Shown in pieces: positions 11,311 to 23,775 of a stretch of DNA of 64,000 nucleotides. The notes below the pieces were generated by a model, which ran no database searches, had not been told where the DNA came from, and saw only the letters and a list, made by a program, of their open reading frames with translations. Within the stretch, counting starts at the first letter, position 1, and the number at the start of each line of letters is the position of its first letter. The stretch comes from Alphaproteobacteria bacterium (GTDB lineage Bacteria; Pseudomonadota; Alphaproteobacteria; UBA828): assembly GCA_963422645.2 (NCBI GenBank), contig CAXXVO010000011.1, positions 1 through 64,000 on the forward strand, read 5' to 3'. Position numbers and translations under genes: made by a program.

Positions 11311-11667
11311 TCAGGACGGCTCGGTACCCGCCTCTCTCAACAGCCTAGCCACATCGCGGCGCAGGATGGGGAGCTTTGCTTCGACCACATCCCACACCAG
11401 ACGGTCGTCCACATCGGCATAGCCGTGGATGAGGATGTTGCGGAATGCCACGATGCGACGGTATTCGCCGATTCTACCAGCTATCTCTTGGTCGAGCCTC
11501 GCCAGCCGAGCGGTGGCCTCGCCGACAATCTCGAACTGGCGTTCTACCGCCGCGCGCAGCATGGCGTCGCGCTCTTAGTCCGCGAACGCCTTGTCCGCGG
11601 TGAACTCCCTCAGCAGCTCGACGGCGCGCCAAATGTCGTACAGATATTTCTGCGCCTCAGGCTTCAT
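11311..11667 (-). pseudogene. HepT/DUF86 HEPN RNase toxin with a premature stop
   Basis: MKPEAQKYLYDIWRAVELLREFTADKAFAD*ERDAMLRAAVERQFEIVGEA...FRNILIHGY. In-frame TAA at 11575-11577; RxxxxH motif present. Confidence 0.88.
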
Positions 11668-11965
11668 AGAGCGGTGCGCTGGTCTGCTCGACCGATTGCC
11701 GGAAATAGGGATTCTTGATGGCAGAGCCTACGACCAACTCGACGGGACCGCCGAGAAGCCGCTCCAGATCTTCCAGAAGGCCGAAATAACTGTCCGCATA
11801 GGAACCGGCCGGAAGCGGCTGAAACTCCACGACAAAATCGAAGTCGCTCGTACTGGATTGGTGCCCGCCGGTTGCCGCCGAGCCGAAGAGCGCGAGACTC
11901 ATGACGTGGTGCCTGCCGCACAACCGCTCGATATCGGCTGCGCGCTCGGCGACTGCGGCGATCAT
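11657..11965 (-). CDS. MNT minimal nucleotidyltransferase antitoxin
   Basis: LFGSAA...SDFDFVVEF (GSx10DxD) motif; overlaps the HEPN gene. Confidence 0.9.
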   Translation of the reverse strand: MIAAVAERAADIERLCGRHHVMSLALFGSAATGGHQSSTSDFDFVVEFQPLPAGSYADSYFGLLEDLERLLGGPVELVVGSAIKNPYFRQSVEQTSAPLYEA

Positions 11966-12133
11966 TGGTGCCTCTCGCGTCTCGCCAGACGATCCAGAGA
12001 ACGAAACACATATGAGTTTACAGGACGCATTGGCAAATGCCTTCGTCGAAACTCTTACCTCATTCCGCAGCCCTTCGAGTCTCCCGTTCGGCGCGGGAGC
12101 CTGCTATGAGGGCGCGACAGAAGCGGAGGAGCC

Positions 12134-14089
<1,956 letters not shown>

Positions 14090-14276
14090 CACTGTAACGC
14101 ATGCCGGTGGCGTTCCGTGCACGACCGGTTCGACCATTGACACCCCGAAAACAAACGTTCACTTTGCCGCCCACCGGCGGAGGGAGACCGCGCGGGAATC
14201 CACGCGCGGGCTGCGACGTTTGCCCCGCCCCACCCAATTGACGCCATCGTCCGACACTCGCAAGGAGGAGCACCGC

Positions 14277-15925
14277 ATGTTCTCTATGCCCAAGAAGGCG
14301 CTGTACAAGCCGATCAGCCGACGCAAATTTCTCGAGCTCGGAGGCGGTGTCGCAACCGTGCTCGGTGCAGGCTCGATCGCGGTCGGCATGAACTCGGTCA
14401 TTACGCGCCGGCCGGTCTATGCCTCGTCGTCCGACGACGCCAAGTGGCGCCAGTACGAGGGCTCGAAACTCGTCTTCATGTCCGAGAACACGCCGCCTTC
14501 CTTCGCGATCCGCGACAACATCCAGGCGTTCTACGATCTCACCGGCATCGAGGTGGAGATCCTGACCGACGGCCTGCCGACCGTGCAGCAGAAGGTCGGC
14601 ATCGACCTCAGGAGCGGCCAGGCCGACTATCACCTCAACTACGTGCAGGACAAGCCGATCGGCTCGCCCTTCGCCGACTTCTACGCCGACCTGAACGAGT
14701 TCTCGGTGGACGACACGCTGCCGCTCGACCCGCAAGGCTACGGCAGCGACGTCTGGTTCGAGAATTTCCTGGATGCCTGCGGCGTCTACTACGAACGCGG
14801 CCCGATCCGCGCCTTCCCCTATGACTGCGCGGTCTCTTGCACCTTCTACCGGCAGGACCTGTTCGAGCAGCTGACCAAGGACTTCGAGGCCGACTACGGC
14901 TATCGCCTCGAGTTCACCGACGACACCACCTACAAGAACATGGTCGATATCGCCGAAACCGCTTATGCACAATGCTCCGGTGAATCGCACATGTAGCGCC
15001 TGGCGGGCCTGGAATAGTCGACATTGGAGGCAACATCGTGTGCCACCGGAGTTATGTGCATAAGCGGTTCGCCGAATTCTTCCGCAAGATGCACGAGCGC
15101 GATGCGTCCATCCCTTACGGTTACGCGCAGCATCACGGCTCGTTCGGCTGGACCACGCAGCTCGACATCCAGCGGCACATGTACGCGCAGAACCAGTGGC
15201 TCGACTTCGCGGTCGACGACACGCTGGGCTCGAAGAACCCCGGCCCGACCAACTGGGGCGACGCCCAGTCGGTCAGCGCGATGGACGGCTACAGGGCGCT
15301 CGCCGAAGTCTCCCATCCCGACAACCTGACCAACGGGACCCTGGAGCTGAACACGGTCTACGCCGCCGGCGGCGTCGCCATGCAGATCCAGTATCACGAG
15401 TTCGCGGCCTCGGTTGAGGATGCCGAGCAGTCCGTCGCGGCCGGCGGCAAGACGGCTTACGCCATGGGGCCCAAGGGCGCCGTCGAGTGGAACACCGACG
15501 GCAGCGACAATGTCGTCAACGCCACCAACTGCGGCATCGGCGGCATCGGCATCAACGCCGGGGCAGACATGGACCTCCAGCGTGCGGCGTTCATCTTCGC
15601 GAGCTGGGCCTGCAGCCACGACACGCAGCTCATGGTCCTGCAGGGCGTCGGCGGCACGCCCACCCGCAAGTCCGTCCTCGACGTGCCGGAGGTCCAGGCA
15701 GCGCGCAACCGGCCCACCACCATGCCGAACGCGCTCACCTTCGAGGCGGTCTACGACAAGGGCATCCACTCTCCGAACATGGTGCTCGGGCCGAAGCTGC
15801 CGAAGTCGAACGAGTATCACGAGATCGTTCGGGTCGGCACGCAGCAGTGCATCTCCGGCGAGCTTTCGGCTCAGGAGGCGTGCGAGTCCATCAGGGACGA
15901 GCTGGACTCCATCCACGACGTCTAG
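14277..15925 (+). pseudogene. CUT1-type ABC solute-binding protein (Tat signal) interrupted by a MITE
   Basis: SRRKFL twin-arginine signal. Removing 14958-15076 rejoins the two ORFs as ...MVDIAEFFRKMHER... Confidence 0.88.
14958..15068. mobile_element. 111-bp MITE
   Basis: 25-bp TIR with 22/25 identity (ACCGCTTATGCACA-NNN-CTCCGGTG). 8-bp TSD TCGCCGAA at 14950-14957 and 15069-15076. Confidence 0.93.
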
Positions 15926-16044
15926 GTAACACCGCTCCGCTCGAGGGGCGCCGGCATCCCGGCGTCTCTCGGGCGGTTTGCGGATTCTGATCAACGCAGG
16001 CAGCAGCCGGCCGCGGGCGGCGAAACGACGCGGAGACCCAGCGC

Positions 16045-17019
16045 ATGGCCAACATCGCGAACATCGATGTCGCGGATGGCGTCGTGCGCGGTGTGCGGAC
16101 GATCGATTACGTGCCGGAGAACTTCAACCACCGGCCGCCGCGCTATTACCTGCTATGGCTGATGCTGCCGGCGATCCTGCTGCTGGCGGCGATCTCGCTC
16201 TATCCCCTGGTCTGGCTGATCTACATGTCCCTGCACGAGGTGCAGCTCGCGCCGGGCAAGTCGGACGTATGGGCCGGCATCGACAACTTCTCCCGGCTCG
16301 CGAGCGACAAGAAGTTCCAGCGCGGCTGGCTCACCCTCTTCAAGTACAGCGCGCTCTGCCTCTCAGTGGAGATCAGCCTCGGCGTTCTGGTGGCGGTCAT
16401 CCTCAACAACAATCGTTTCGAGAAGATCCTCGTTACCATTTTCCTGATGCCGATGATGATGGCGCCCGTCGTCGCCGGCTTCCTCTACATGTTTCTCTAC
16501 AACGGCACCTTCGGCTGGTACTTCTGGCTGCTGCAGAGCATCGGCCTGCTGGAGAGCGGCTCGATCCTCGGCAACAAGTTCTGGGCGATGTTTGCGATCG
16601 TCGCGACCGACGTCTGGCAATGGACCCCGCTCATCGCGCTCATCACGCTCGCCGGCCTCAAGCGCGTGCCGCAGGAGCAGGTTGAGGCTCACATGGTGGA
16701 TGGCGCGGGACCCATCCGTAACTTCTTCAGCGTCGCGCTGCCCAATCTCTACCCCTTCCTGCTGATCGCGATCCTGCTCCGCTTCATGGACAACTTCAGG
16801 TTCATCGACACGATCCTGATCATGACCGGCGGTGGCCCCGCCAACGCGACCAAGATCCTGCCGACCTACTTGTTCGACGTGTCGTTCAAGTTCTTCGAGC
16901 TCGGCCGGGGCGCTGCAATCGCGTTCACCCTGCTGCTGCTGACGATCCTGCTGGGCCTCGTCCTGACCATGGTGTTCGAGGACCCGACCCGCAAGATCAG
17001 AACACAGGGCAAGGACTAG
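16045..17019 (+). CDS. Carbohydrate-type ABC transporter permease
   Basis: Multiple TM segments, DVWQWTP and EAA-like motif EAHMVDGA. Confidence 0.92.
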   Translation: MANIANIDVADGVVRGVRTIDYVPENFNHRPPRYYLLWLMLPAILLLAAISLYPLVWLIYMSLHEVQLAPGKSDVWAGIDNFSRLASDKKFQRGWLTLFKYSALCLSVEISLGVLVAVILNNNRFEKILVTIFLMPMMMAPVVAGFLYMFLYNGTFGWYFWLLQSIGLLESGSILGNKFWAMFAIVATDVWQWTPLIALITLAGLKRVPQEQVEAHMVDGAGPIRNFFSVALPNLYPFLLIAILLRFMDNFRFIDTILIMTGGGPANATKILPTYLFDVSFKFFELGRGAAIAFTLLLLTILLGLVLTMVFEDPTRKIRTQGKD

Positions 17020-17022
17020 GCG

Positions 17023-17901
17023 ATGGCGTCGCGCGAGATCGTCACCTATCGGTCGCCGCTGCGCACCGCGCTGAAGACGCTTGCGATCATTTTTCTGGTC
17101 TTCTTCTTCGTCTGGACCACCCTGCCGCTGCTGATCATGGTGGTTTCGTCCTTCAAGGACCTGCTGGACGCGTTCAAGCTGCCGGCGGTCGGCGATTTCG
17201 GCGGGGTCGGCGTAATGTTCGACTTCAAGCCGACCAGCACGCACTACGTCGAACTCTTCACCGAGAAGCACTTCGGCACCTACCTGCGCAACAGCCTGAT
17301 CGCGTCGTTCGGCTCGGCGGCGGTTTCGGTCTCGCTGGGCTCGATGGCAGCCTACGCGCTCTCGCGGGCGGAATTTCGCGGCAAGCGCGACCTCCTCTTC
17401 TGGATCATCTCGACCCGCATGGCGCCGGTGGTGGCGGTCATGGTGCCGCTCTACGTGATCTTCCGCTCGTCGGGGCTGGTCGGCACCCTGCCCGGCCTGA
17501 TCCTCGCCTACACCACCTTCAACCTTCCCTTCGCCATCTGGATTCTGAAGGGCTTCTTCGACAACGTGCCTTATGCGATCGAGGAAGCGGCGCAGTGCGA
17601 CGGCTGCACCCGCTGGCAGGCGTTCAGGCTGATCATCCCGCTGGTGGCGCCGGGGCTCGGCGCCTTCATCGTGCTTTGCGTGCTCTTCGGCTGGAACGAC
17701 TTCCTGTTCGCCACGATCATCGGCTCGGGCGGCGCCAAGACCCTGCCTGTGGCGACCGCCGAGCTGGTCCAGCCGGTCAAAATTCAGTGGGGCATGATCA
17801 TGGCCGCCGGCGTCGTAACGACGGTGCCGATGATGTTTCTCGGCCTTCTGATCCGGCGTTATCTCGTCGCCGGGCTGACCATGGGCGCGGTCAGGGAATA
17901 G
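17023..17901 (+). CDS. Carbohydrate-type ABC transporter permease
   Basis: IEEAAQCDGC (EAA loop), WNDFLFA and LTMGAVRE motifs. Confidence 0.92.
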   Translation: MASREIVTYRSPLRTALKTLAIIFLVFFFVWTTLPLLIMVVSSFKDLLDAFKLPAVGDFGGVGVMFDFKPTSTHYVELFTEKHFGTYLRNSLIASFGSAAVSVSLGSMAAYALSRAEFRGKRDLLFWIISTRMAPVVAVMVPLYVIFRSSGLVGTLPGLILAYTTFNLPFAIWILKGFFDNVPYAIEEAAQCDGCTRWQAFRLIIPLVAPGLGAFIVLCVLFGWNDFLFATIIGSGGAKTLPVATAELVQPVKIQWGMIMAAGVVTTVPMMFLGLLIRRYLVAGLTMGAVRE

Positions 17902-17938
17902 GGCCGGAGAGCGGGAACATGCCTGTCTGGGGGTACTG

Positions 17939-19033
17939 ATGGCTACGGTTACGATCTCCGACGTCTGGAAGTATTACGGCAAGACCATGGCCGTAAAGGA
18001 GCTCAATCTCGAGATCCGGGACAACGAGTTCATGTGCATCCTCGGGCCCTCCGGCTGCGGCAAGTCGTCGACGCTGCGCATGCTCGCCGGCCTGGAGTTC
18101 ATCTCCTCCGGGGACATCTATTTCGACGACGTGCGGGTGAACGACCTGCCGCCGCGCGATCGCGACATCGCCATGGTGTTCGAGAATTACGCCCTCTACC
18201 CCCACAAGACCGTGTTCGACAACATGGCGAACCCGCTCAGGCTGCGGCGTACGCCCAGGGACGAGATCGAGCGCCGCGTGCGCCGCGCCGCAGAGATTCT
18301 GGAGATCGACCCCCTGCTCGGCCGCAAGCCGGTGGAGCTCAGCGGCGGGCAGAAGCAGCGCACGGCCATCGGCCGCGCCATCGTGCGCGAACCCAAGGTC
18401 TTTCTCTTCGATGAGCCCATCGCCCATCTCGACGCCAAGCTGCGCTCCCACATGCGGGGCGAGCTCAAGCACCTGCAGCGCGACCTCGAGACCACGACCG
18501 TCTACGTCACCCACGACCAGCTCGAGGGCATGTCGATGGCGGACCGGATCGCGGTGATGCACGAAGGTGTGCTGCAGCAGCTCGGCACGCCCGAGGAAAT
18601 CTACAACCAGCCTTCCAACGAGTTCGTGGCGGGCTTCGTCGGCGAGCCGCCCATGAACTTCCTCGACTGCACCTTGGAGCAGACCAACGTCGGGCTCACC
18701 GTCGTGCATTCGGGCTTCCGGCTCGCGCTCACCGAGCAGCAGGCCAGTCTGCTCACGGCCGGCGGAGCCGAGGCCAACGTGCGCATCGGCATCCGCCCCG
18801 ACAATCTGGCCATCGAGCCGGGTGCCGACGGCTCGCTGGATGTGCCGGGCGAGATCTTCGTCACCGAGCCGCTCGGCGGCGACATGATCGTCGAAGTCAC
18901 CATCGGCGGCGACCGGGTGATGGTGAAGACCAAGATCGGTCCCATGGGAGGGCCCGGCGATCCCTGCCGCATCGGCTTCGATGTGGACAAGCTACACGTC
19001 TTCGACATAAGCACCGGCGTCGCCTATTTTTAG
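17939..19033 (+). CDS. MalK-type ABC ATP-binding protein
   Basis: GPSGCGKS, LSGGQKQR and YVTHDQ motifs; C-terminal TOBE-like domain. Confidence 0.95.
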   Translation: MATVTISDVWKYYGKTMAVKELNLEIRDNEFMCILGPSGCGKSSTLRMLAGLEFISSGDIYFDDVRVNDLPPRDRDIAMVFENYALYPHKTVFDNMANPLRLRRTPRDEIERRVRRAAEILEIDPLLGRKPVELSGGQKQRTAIGRAIVREPKVFLFDEPIAHLDAKLRSHMRGELKHLQRDLETTTVYVTHDQLEGMSMADRIAVMHEGVLQQLGTPEEIYNQPSNEFVAGFVGEPPMNFLDCTLEQTNVGLTVVHSGFRLALTEQQASLLTAGGAEANVRIGIRPDNLAIEPGADGSLDVPGEIFVTEPLGGDMIVEVTIGGDRVMVKTKIGPMGGPGDPCRIGFDVDKLHVFDISTGVAYF

Positions 19034-19072
19034 GGCCGAACGCCCCCACGCAGGCAGAGAGGAGCCACTCGT

Positions 19073-20041
19073 ATGCAGCTCAGCAAAGACCAATTGTTGA
19101 CGGCCTATAGGACCATGCGCACGATCCGCGAGTTCGAGGAACGCCTTCACATCGAGTTCGCGACCGGCGACATCCCGGGTTTCGTGCACCTCTATGCCGG
19201 CGAGGAGGCGAGCGGTGTCGGCGTGTGCCTGCATCTCGACGATCGCGACCGCATCGCAAGCACCCATCGCGGCCACGGCCACTGCATCGCCAAGGGATGC
19301 GACGTGGACGGCATGATGGCGGAGATTTACGGCCGCAAGGACGGCCTCTGCGCCGGCAAGGGCGGCTCCATGCACATCGCCGACCTCGACAAGGGCATGA
19401 TGGGCGCGAACGGCATCGTGGGCGGCGGCCCGCCGCTCATCTGCGGCGCGGGCCTCGCGGCGAAGCAGCTCGGCACCGGCGGTGTCGCCATCGCCTTCGT
19501 CGGCGACGGCGGCTCGAACCAGGGCACCACCTTCGAGAGCCTCAACCTGGCCTCGGTCTGGAACCTGCCCTGCATCTTCGTGATCGAGAACAACGGCTAC
19601 GCGGAATCGACCTCGTCGAAGTGGTCTATCGCCTGCGACGATGCCGCCGACCGGGCCAGCGGCTTCAACATGCCGGGCGTCGTGATCGACGGCCACGACT
19701 TCTTCGCGGTCCACGAGGCCGCCGGCGAGGCCATCAAGCGCGCGCGCGAGGGCGGCGGCCCGAGCCTGCTGGAATGCAAGCTCAACCGCTACTACGGGCA
19801 CTTCGAGGGCGACGCCCAGACCTACCGCGGGCCCGATGAGGTCAAGAAGCTCCGCGAGACGCGGGACTGCCTCGCCATGTTCCGCGAAAAGGTGACCGGA
19901 GCCGGCCTGCTCGACGCGGCCGATCTCGACGCGATCGACAGCGAGGCCGAGGCCCAGGTCGACGGCGCGGTCGCCAAGGCCAAGGTGGCACCGTCGCCGA
20001 CGGCCGCCGATCTTCTTACCGACGTCTACGTGTCCTACTGA
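19073..20041 (+). CDS. acoA: Acetoin dehydrogenase-like E1 alpha subunit (TPP)
   Basis: GFVHLYAGEEA, THRGHGH, GDGGSNQG and YYGHFEGD motifs. Confidence 0.9.
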   Translation: MQLSKDQLLTAYRTMRTIREFEERLHIEFATGDIPGFVHLYAGEEASGVGVCLHLDDRDRIASTHRGHGHCIAKGCDVDGMMAEIYGRKDGLCAGKGGSMHIADLDKGMMGANGIVGGGPPLICGAGLAAKQLGTGGVAIAFVGDGGSNQGTTFESLNLASVWNLPCIFVIENNGYAESTSSKWSIACDDAADRASGFNMPGVVIDGHDFFAVHEAAGEAIKRAREGGGPSLLECKLNRYYGHFEGDAQTYRGPDEVKKLRETRDCLAMFREKVTGAGLLDAADLDAIDSEAEAQVDGAVAKAKVAPSPTAADLLTDVYVSY

Positions 20042-20056
20042 GCGAGGGAAAGAATC

Positions 20057-21070
20057 ATGGCACGCACAGTTACCTACCAGCAGGCAATCAACGAAGCCCT
20101 CGCCCAGGAGATGGAGCGCGACGAGACCGTTATCATCATGGGCGAGGACGTGGCAGGCGGTCTCGGCACCGATGGCGAACGCGACGCCTGGGGCGGGCCG
20201 CTCGGCATCACCAAGGGGCTCTTCGGCAAGTACGGCGATCGGGTCATGGACACCCCGATCTCCGAGTCCGCGTTCATCGGTGCCGCCGTCGGCGCGGCGA
20301 CCGCAGGGCTCCGCCCGGTGGCCGAGCTGATGTTCATCGACTTCATGGGCGTCTGTTTCGACCAGATCTTCAACCAGGCTGCGAAGTTCCGTTACATGTT
20401 CGGCGGCAAGGCCGAGACCCCGGTAGTGATCCGCACCATGTACGGTGCCGGGCTCCGCGCCGCGGCTCAGCATTCGCAGTGCCTCTATCCAGTGTTCACC
20501 CACATCCCCGGGCTCAAGGTCGTGACCCCGGCGACCCCTTACGACGCCAAGGGCCTGTTGATTCAGGCGATCCGCGACAACGACCCGGTGATCTTTTGCG
20601 AACACAAGGCGCTCTACACGCTGGAAGGCGACGTGCCGGAGGAGCCCTACGCGCTCCCCTTCGGCGAGGCCAACATCGTGCGCGAGGGCGATGACGTCTC
20701 GATCGTGACACTCGGCCGCATGGTCCACGTGGCGTTAGAAGCGGCGGAAGCACTCGCCGGCGACGGCATCGAGTGCGAGGTCGTCGACCTGCGCACCACC
20801 TCGCCGCTGGACGAGGAAACCGTCATTGAAAGCGTGGAGAACACCGGGCGTCTGGTGGTGCTCGACGAGGCGCACCCGCGCTGCAACATGGCCACCGACA
20901 TCGCGGCGATGATCTGCGAGAAGGCCTTCAACTCGCTCAAGGGGCCGATCAAGCAGGTGACCGCCCCGCACACCCCGGTGCCCTTCTCGGATACGCTCGA
21001 GGATCTCTACATCCCCAACGCCGCGGCGGTGCAGAAGGCCGTGAAGGCAGTGATGGAGTCCAGCAAATGA
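20057..21070 (+). CDS. acoB: Acetoin dehydrogenase-like E1 beta subunit
   Basis: DTPISE, NQAAKFRYMFGG and AAQHSQ motifs. Confidence 0.9.
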   Translation: MARTVTYQQAINEALAQEMERDETVIIMGEDVAGGLGTDGERDAWGGPLGITKGLFGKYGDRVMDTPISESAFIGAAVGAATAGLRPVAELMFIDFMGVCFDQIFNQAAKFRYMFGGKAETPVVIRTMYGAGLRAAAQHSQCLYPVFTHIPGLKVVTPATPYDAKGLLIQAIRDNDPVIFCEHKALYTLEGDVPEEPYALPFGEANIVREGDDVSIVTLGRMVHVALEAAEALAGDGIECEVVDLRTTSPLDEETVIESVENTGRLVVLDEAHPRCNMATDIAAMICEKAFNSLKGPIKQVTAPHTPVPFSDTLEDLYIPNAAAVQKAVKAVMESSK

Positions 21071-22176
21071 GCGACGGCATTCGCACCCTTTGCATGCCCA
21101 AATGGGGCCTCTCCATGAAGGAGGGGAAGGTCGCCGGCTGGCTCGTCGGCGAAGGGGACTCGATCACACCGGGCGATGAGATTGTCGACATCGAGACGGA
21201 GAAGATCTCCAGCGCGGTCGAGGCAGCCGACCCCGGTGTGTTGCGGCGTTGCGTCGCCCAGGAGGGCGACGTGCTGCCGGTGGGCGGCCTGCTCGGCATC
21301 GTCGCCGACGAGAGCGTCGCCGATGCCGATATCGATGCGTTCGTCAGCGACTTTCTGGCCAACTTCGTGCCACCCGAGGACGACGACGAGGACAGCGGAC
21401 CGGCGACCGAGACCGTGGAGGTCGCGGGGCGCGCGATTCGTTATCTCACGCGGGGCGAAGGCGGCACGCCGGTCATCCTGATCCACGGCTTCGGCGGCGA
21501 CCTCAACAACTGGCTCTTCAACCACGAAGCGCTCGCCGCCAAACGCGTGGTCCACGCCCTCGACCTGCCGGGGCACGGCAGCTCCAGCAAGGACGTGGGC
21601 GACGGGTCGGTCGACTTCTTCGCCGATATCGTCACCGGCTTCGCCGATGCGCTGGAAATCGAGTCCGCTCATCTCGTGGGCCACTCCATGGGCGGTGCCA
21701 TCGCGCTCGCCGTGGCCCGCGCGACGCCGGAGCGCGTCGCGTCGATCACCTTGATCGGGAGCGCCGGCCTCGGTCCCGATATCGACGGGGACTATCTCGA
21801 AGGCTTCATCTCAGCCGAGCGCCGGAAGGACCTCAAGCCCCACGTCGAGAAGCTCTTCAGCGATCCTGCGCTGGTCACCCGCCAACTCATCAACGATCTG
21901 CTCGCCTTCAAGCGGATCGACGGCGTCACTGCCGCGCTTGGGACAGTCCGGGACGCCTTCGCGCCCGGCGGCGCCCAGGCAGAGGCGATGCGCGATGTGG
22001 CGGGCAGCGTGCCGACCCTCGTCATCTGGGGCGCCGGCGACCAGATCATCCCAGCCTCCCATGCCGACGGCCTGCCGGAGGGCGTGGACTGCACGGTGAT
22101 GGAGGGCCAGGGCCACATGGTGCAGATGGAGGCCGCCACCGAAGTGAACCGGCTGATCGACGAGCGCGTCGGCTGA
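21067..22176 (+). CDS. acoC: AcoC (lipoyl domain plus alpha/beta-hydrolase-type acyltransferase)
   Basis: MPKWGLSM, lipoyl Lys in ETEKI, HGFGGDLNNWLFN and GHSMGG. Confidence 0.92.
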   Translation: MSDGIRTLCMPKWGLSMKEGKVAGWLVGEGDSITPGDEIVDIETEKISSAVEAADPGVLRRCVAQEGDVLPVGGLLGIVADESVADADIDAFVSDFLANFVPPEDDDEDSGPATETVEVAGRAIRYLTRGEGGTPVILIHGFGGDLNNWLFNHEALAAKRVVHALDLPGHGSSSKDVGDGSVDFFADIVTGFADALEIESAHLVGHSMGGAIALAVARATPERVASITLIGSAGLGPDIDGDYLEGFISAERRKDLKPHVEKLFSDPALVTRQLINDLLAFKRIDGVTAALGTVRDAFAPGGAQAEAMRDVAGSVPTLVIWGAGDQIIPASHADGLPEGVDCTVMEGQGHMVQMEAATEVNRLIDERVG

Positions 22177-22201
22177 CCCTTCGGAGAATCCCCTTCGAGC
22201 G

Positions 22202-22242
22202 ATGGGCCGCGTCCGCCACGGCGGAGGCGGCCCATTCCTTTT
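22202..22242 (+). terminator. Putative intrinsic terminator after acoC
   Basis: Hairpin ATGGGCCGC-TCCGCC/GGCGGA-GCGGCCCAT followed by TCCTTTT. Confidence 0.55.
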
Positions 22243-22290
22243 GGCACCGGACATGGCGCCCAAGCTCGCTCGCTTGGCTATACTGCGCGA

Positions 22291-22809
22291 ATGGGCGAAT
22301 CGCAGGCACCGGCCGCCGGGCGGCCGCCGCAGCTCTTCTGCGGCGATATCGACATCAGGATCGCGGGCGACGGCACGTGGTTCCACGAAGGCTGCCCCAT
22401 CGGCCGGCTCCCGCTGGTCAAGCTCTTCGCGAGCGTGCTCAGGCGCGAGGACGACGATTACTGGCTGGTCACGCCGGTGGAGAAGGCGCGCATCGTGGTC
22501 GACGACGTGCCCTTCATCGCGGTCGAGATGGAGGCCGAAGGCAAGGGCGCGGGCCAGCGCCTGCGCTTCCGCACCAATCTGGACGAGTGGGTGAGCGCCG
22601 ACGCCGCGCATCCCCTCACCTTTCGCTCCCTGCCGGGGTCGGACGAGAAGGCGCCCTATCTCACCGTCCGCGAGGGCCTGGAGGCGCGGGTGGCGCGCGC
22701 CGCCTACTATCCGCTGGTGGAGCTCTGCGTCGAGCGGGAGATCGAGGGCCGCCCGGTGCTCGGCGTCTGGAGCGAGGGCGTGTTCTTTCCCTTCGACGAC
22801 TCGGCCTGA
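22291..22809 (+). CDS. DUF1285 family protein
   Basis: CGDIDIRIAGDGTWFHEGCPIGR...LVTPVEK; usual position upstream of Nudix and cca genes. Confidence 0.85.
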   Translation: MGESQAPAAGRPPQLFCGDIDIRIAGDGTWFHEGCPIGRLPLVKLFASVLRREDDDYWLVTPVEKARIVVDDVPFIAVEMEAEGKGAGQRLRFRTNLDEWVSADAAHPLTFRSLPGSDEKAPYLTVREGLEARVARAAYYPLVELCVEREIEGRPVLGVWSEGVFFPFDDSA

Positions 22810-22829
22810 GCGCCCGACGAGCCTCGTCG

Positions 22830-23489
22830 ATGCAAGCCGACATTCTGCGCGCCGTGGCGCAGCAAGCGCCGGGGGCGCCGGATCAGCCGTGGGAGGCAGT
22901 CATCGCCGCGGCGGAACGCGCGCCGGCTGCCCGGGTGCCGGGCTCGCTCCGTTACAGCGAAGAGTCCTGGGGCCGCCTGCCGCCCTCGGAGCCAATCACG
23001 CCCGCTGCCGTGCTCGTTGCCGTCATCGAGCGCGACGGCGCGTTCTCGGTGCTGCTTACCCGCCGCGCCGAGCAGCTCGCGCGTCACGCGGGCCAGATCA
23101 GTTTCCCCGGCGGCCGGGCCGACGCCGAGGATGGAACCCCACAGAGAACGGCGCTCCGGGAAGCCGAGGAGGAGATCGGGCTTCCCGCAAAGCAGGTCGC
23201 GATCGTCGGCCGGCTGGATGACTATCTGGTGGGCAGCGGCTACCGCATCACGCCCCTCGTCGGCTTCGTCTCGGAGCCGCCGGACTTCGAGGCGGATATC
23301 CGTGAGGTCGCCGAGGTCTTCGAGGTGCCGCTCTCCTTCGTGCTGGAGCCCGCCAACTACCGGCGCGACAAGATGACCATCGGCGGGGTCGAGCGCCGTT
23401 TTTACGTGCTGCCCTACGAGGCGTATCATATCTGGGGCGCTACGGCGGCGATCCTTGTCAACTTCCGGGATGTGGTGCGCGCATCATGA
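22830..23489 (+). CDS. Nudix CoA pyrophosphatase (NudL-like)
   Basis: LLTRRA..HAGQISFPGG, Nudix box ALREAEEEIG and IWGATA. Confidence 0.9.
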   Translation: MQADILRAVAQQAPGAPDQPWEAVIAAAERAPAARVPGSLRYSEESWGRLPPSEPITPAAVLVAVIERDGAFSVLLTRRAEQLARHAGQISFPGGRADAEDGTPQRTALREAEEEIGLPAKQVAIVGRLDDYLVGSGYRITPLVGFVSEPPDFEADIREVAEVFEVPLSFVLEPANYRRDKMTIGGVERRFYVLPYEAYHIWGATAAILVNFRDVVRAS

Positions 23490-23764
23490 TGAGAACCACC
23501 CTGATCCATATCCTGATCCTGCTCGCGCCGACGATCCTCTACATCGCCTTTCTCATCCTGACGCGACGGGTTCAGATGAGCCGCAGCGGTGCTGCGGCGC
23601 AGCTACGCAAGATGCCGTGGGTCAGGCTTCTCGGCGGCGGCCTCGTGCTGGCGGCGGCGAGCCTGGTGGTATGGGCGTTGACCGTCGGCAGCGACCCCGA
23701 GGGCACCTACGTACCGGCGCGCATCGTCGACGGCGAAATCGTCCCCGGCGAGGTCATCGACTGA
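23486..23764 (+). CDS. Small membrane protein (DUF6111-like)
   Basis: Two hydrophobic segments and C-terminal YVPARIVDGEIVPG; in the operon. Confidence 0.7.
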   Translation: MMRTTLIHILILLAPTILYIAFLILTRRVQMSRSGAAAQLRKMPWVRLLGGGLVLAAASLVVWALTVGSDPEGTYVPARIVDGEIVPGEVID

Positions 23765-23775
23765 GCACTCGTTCG

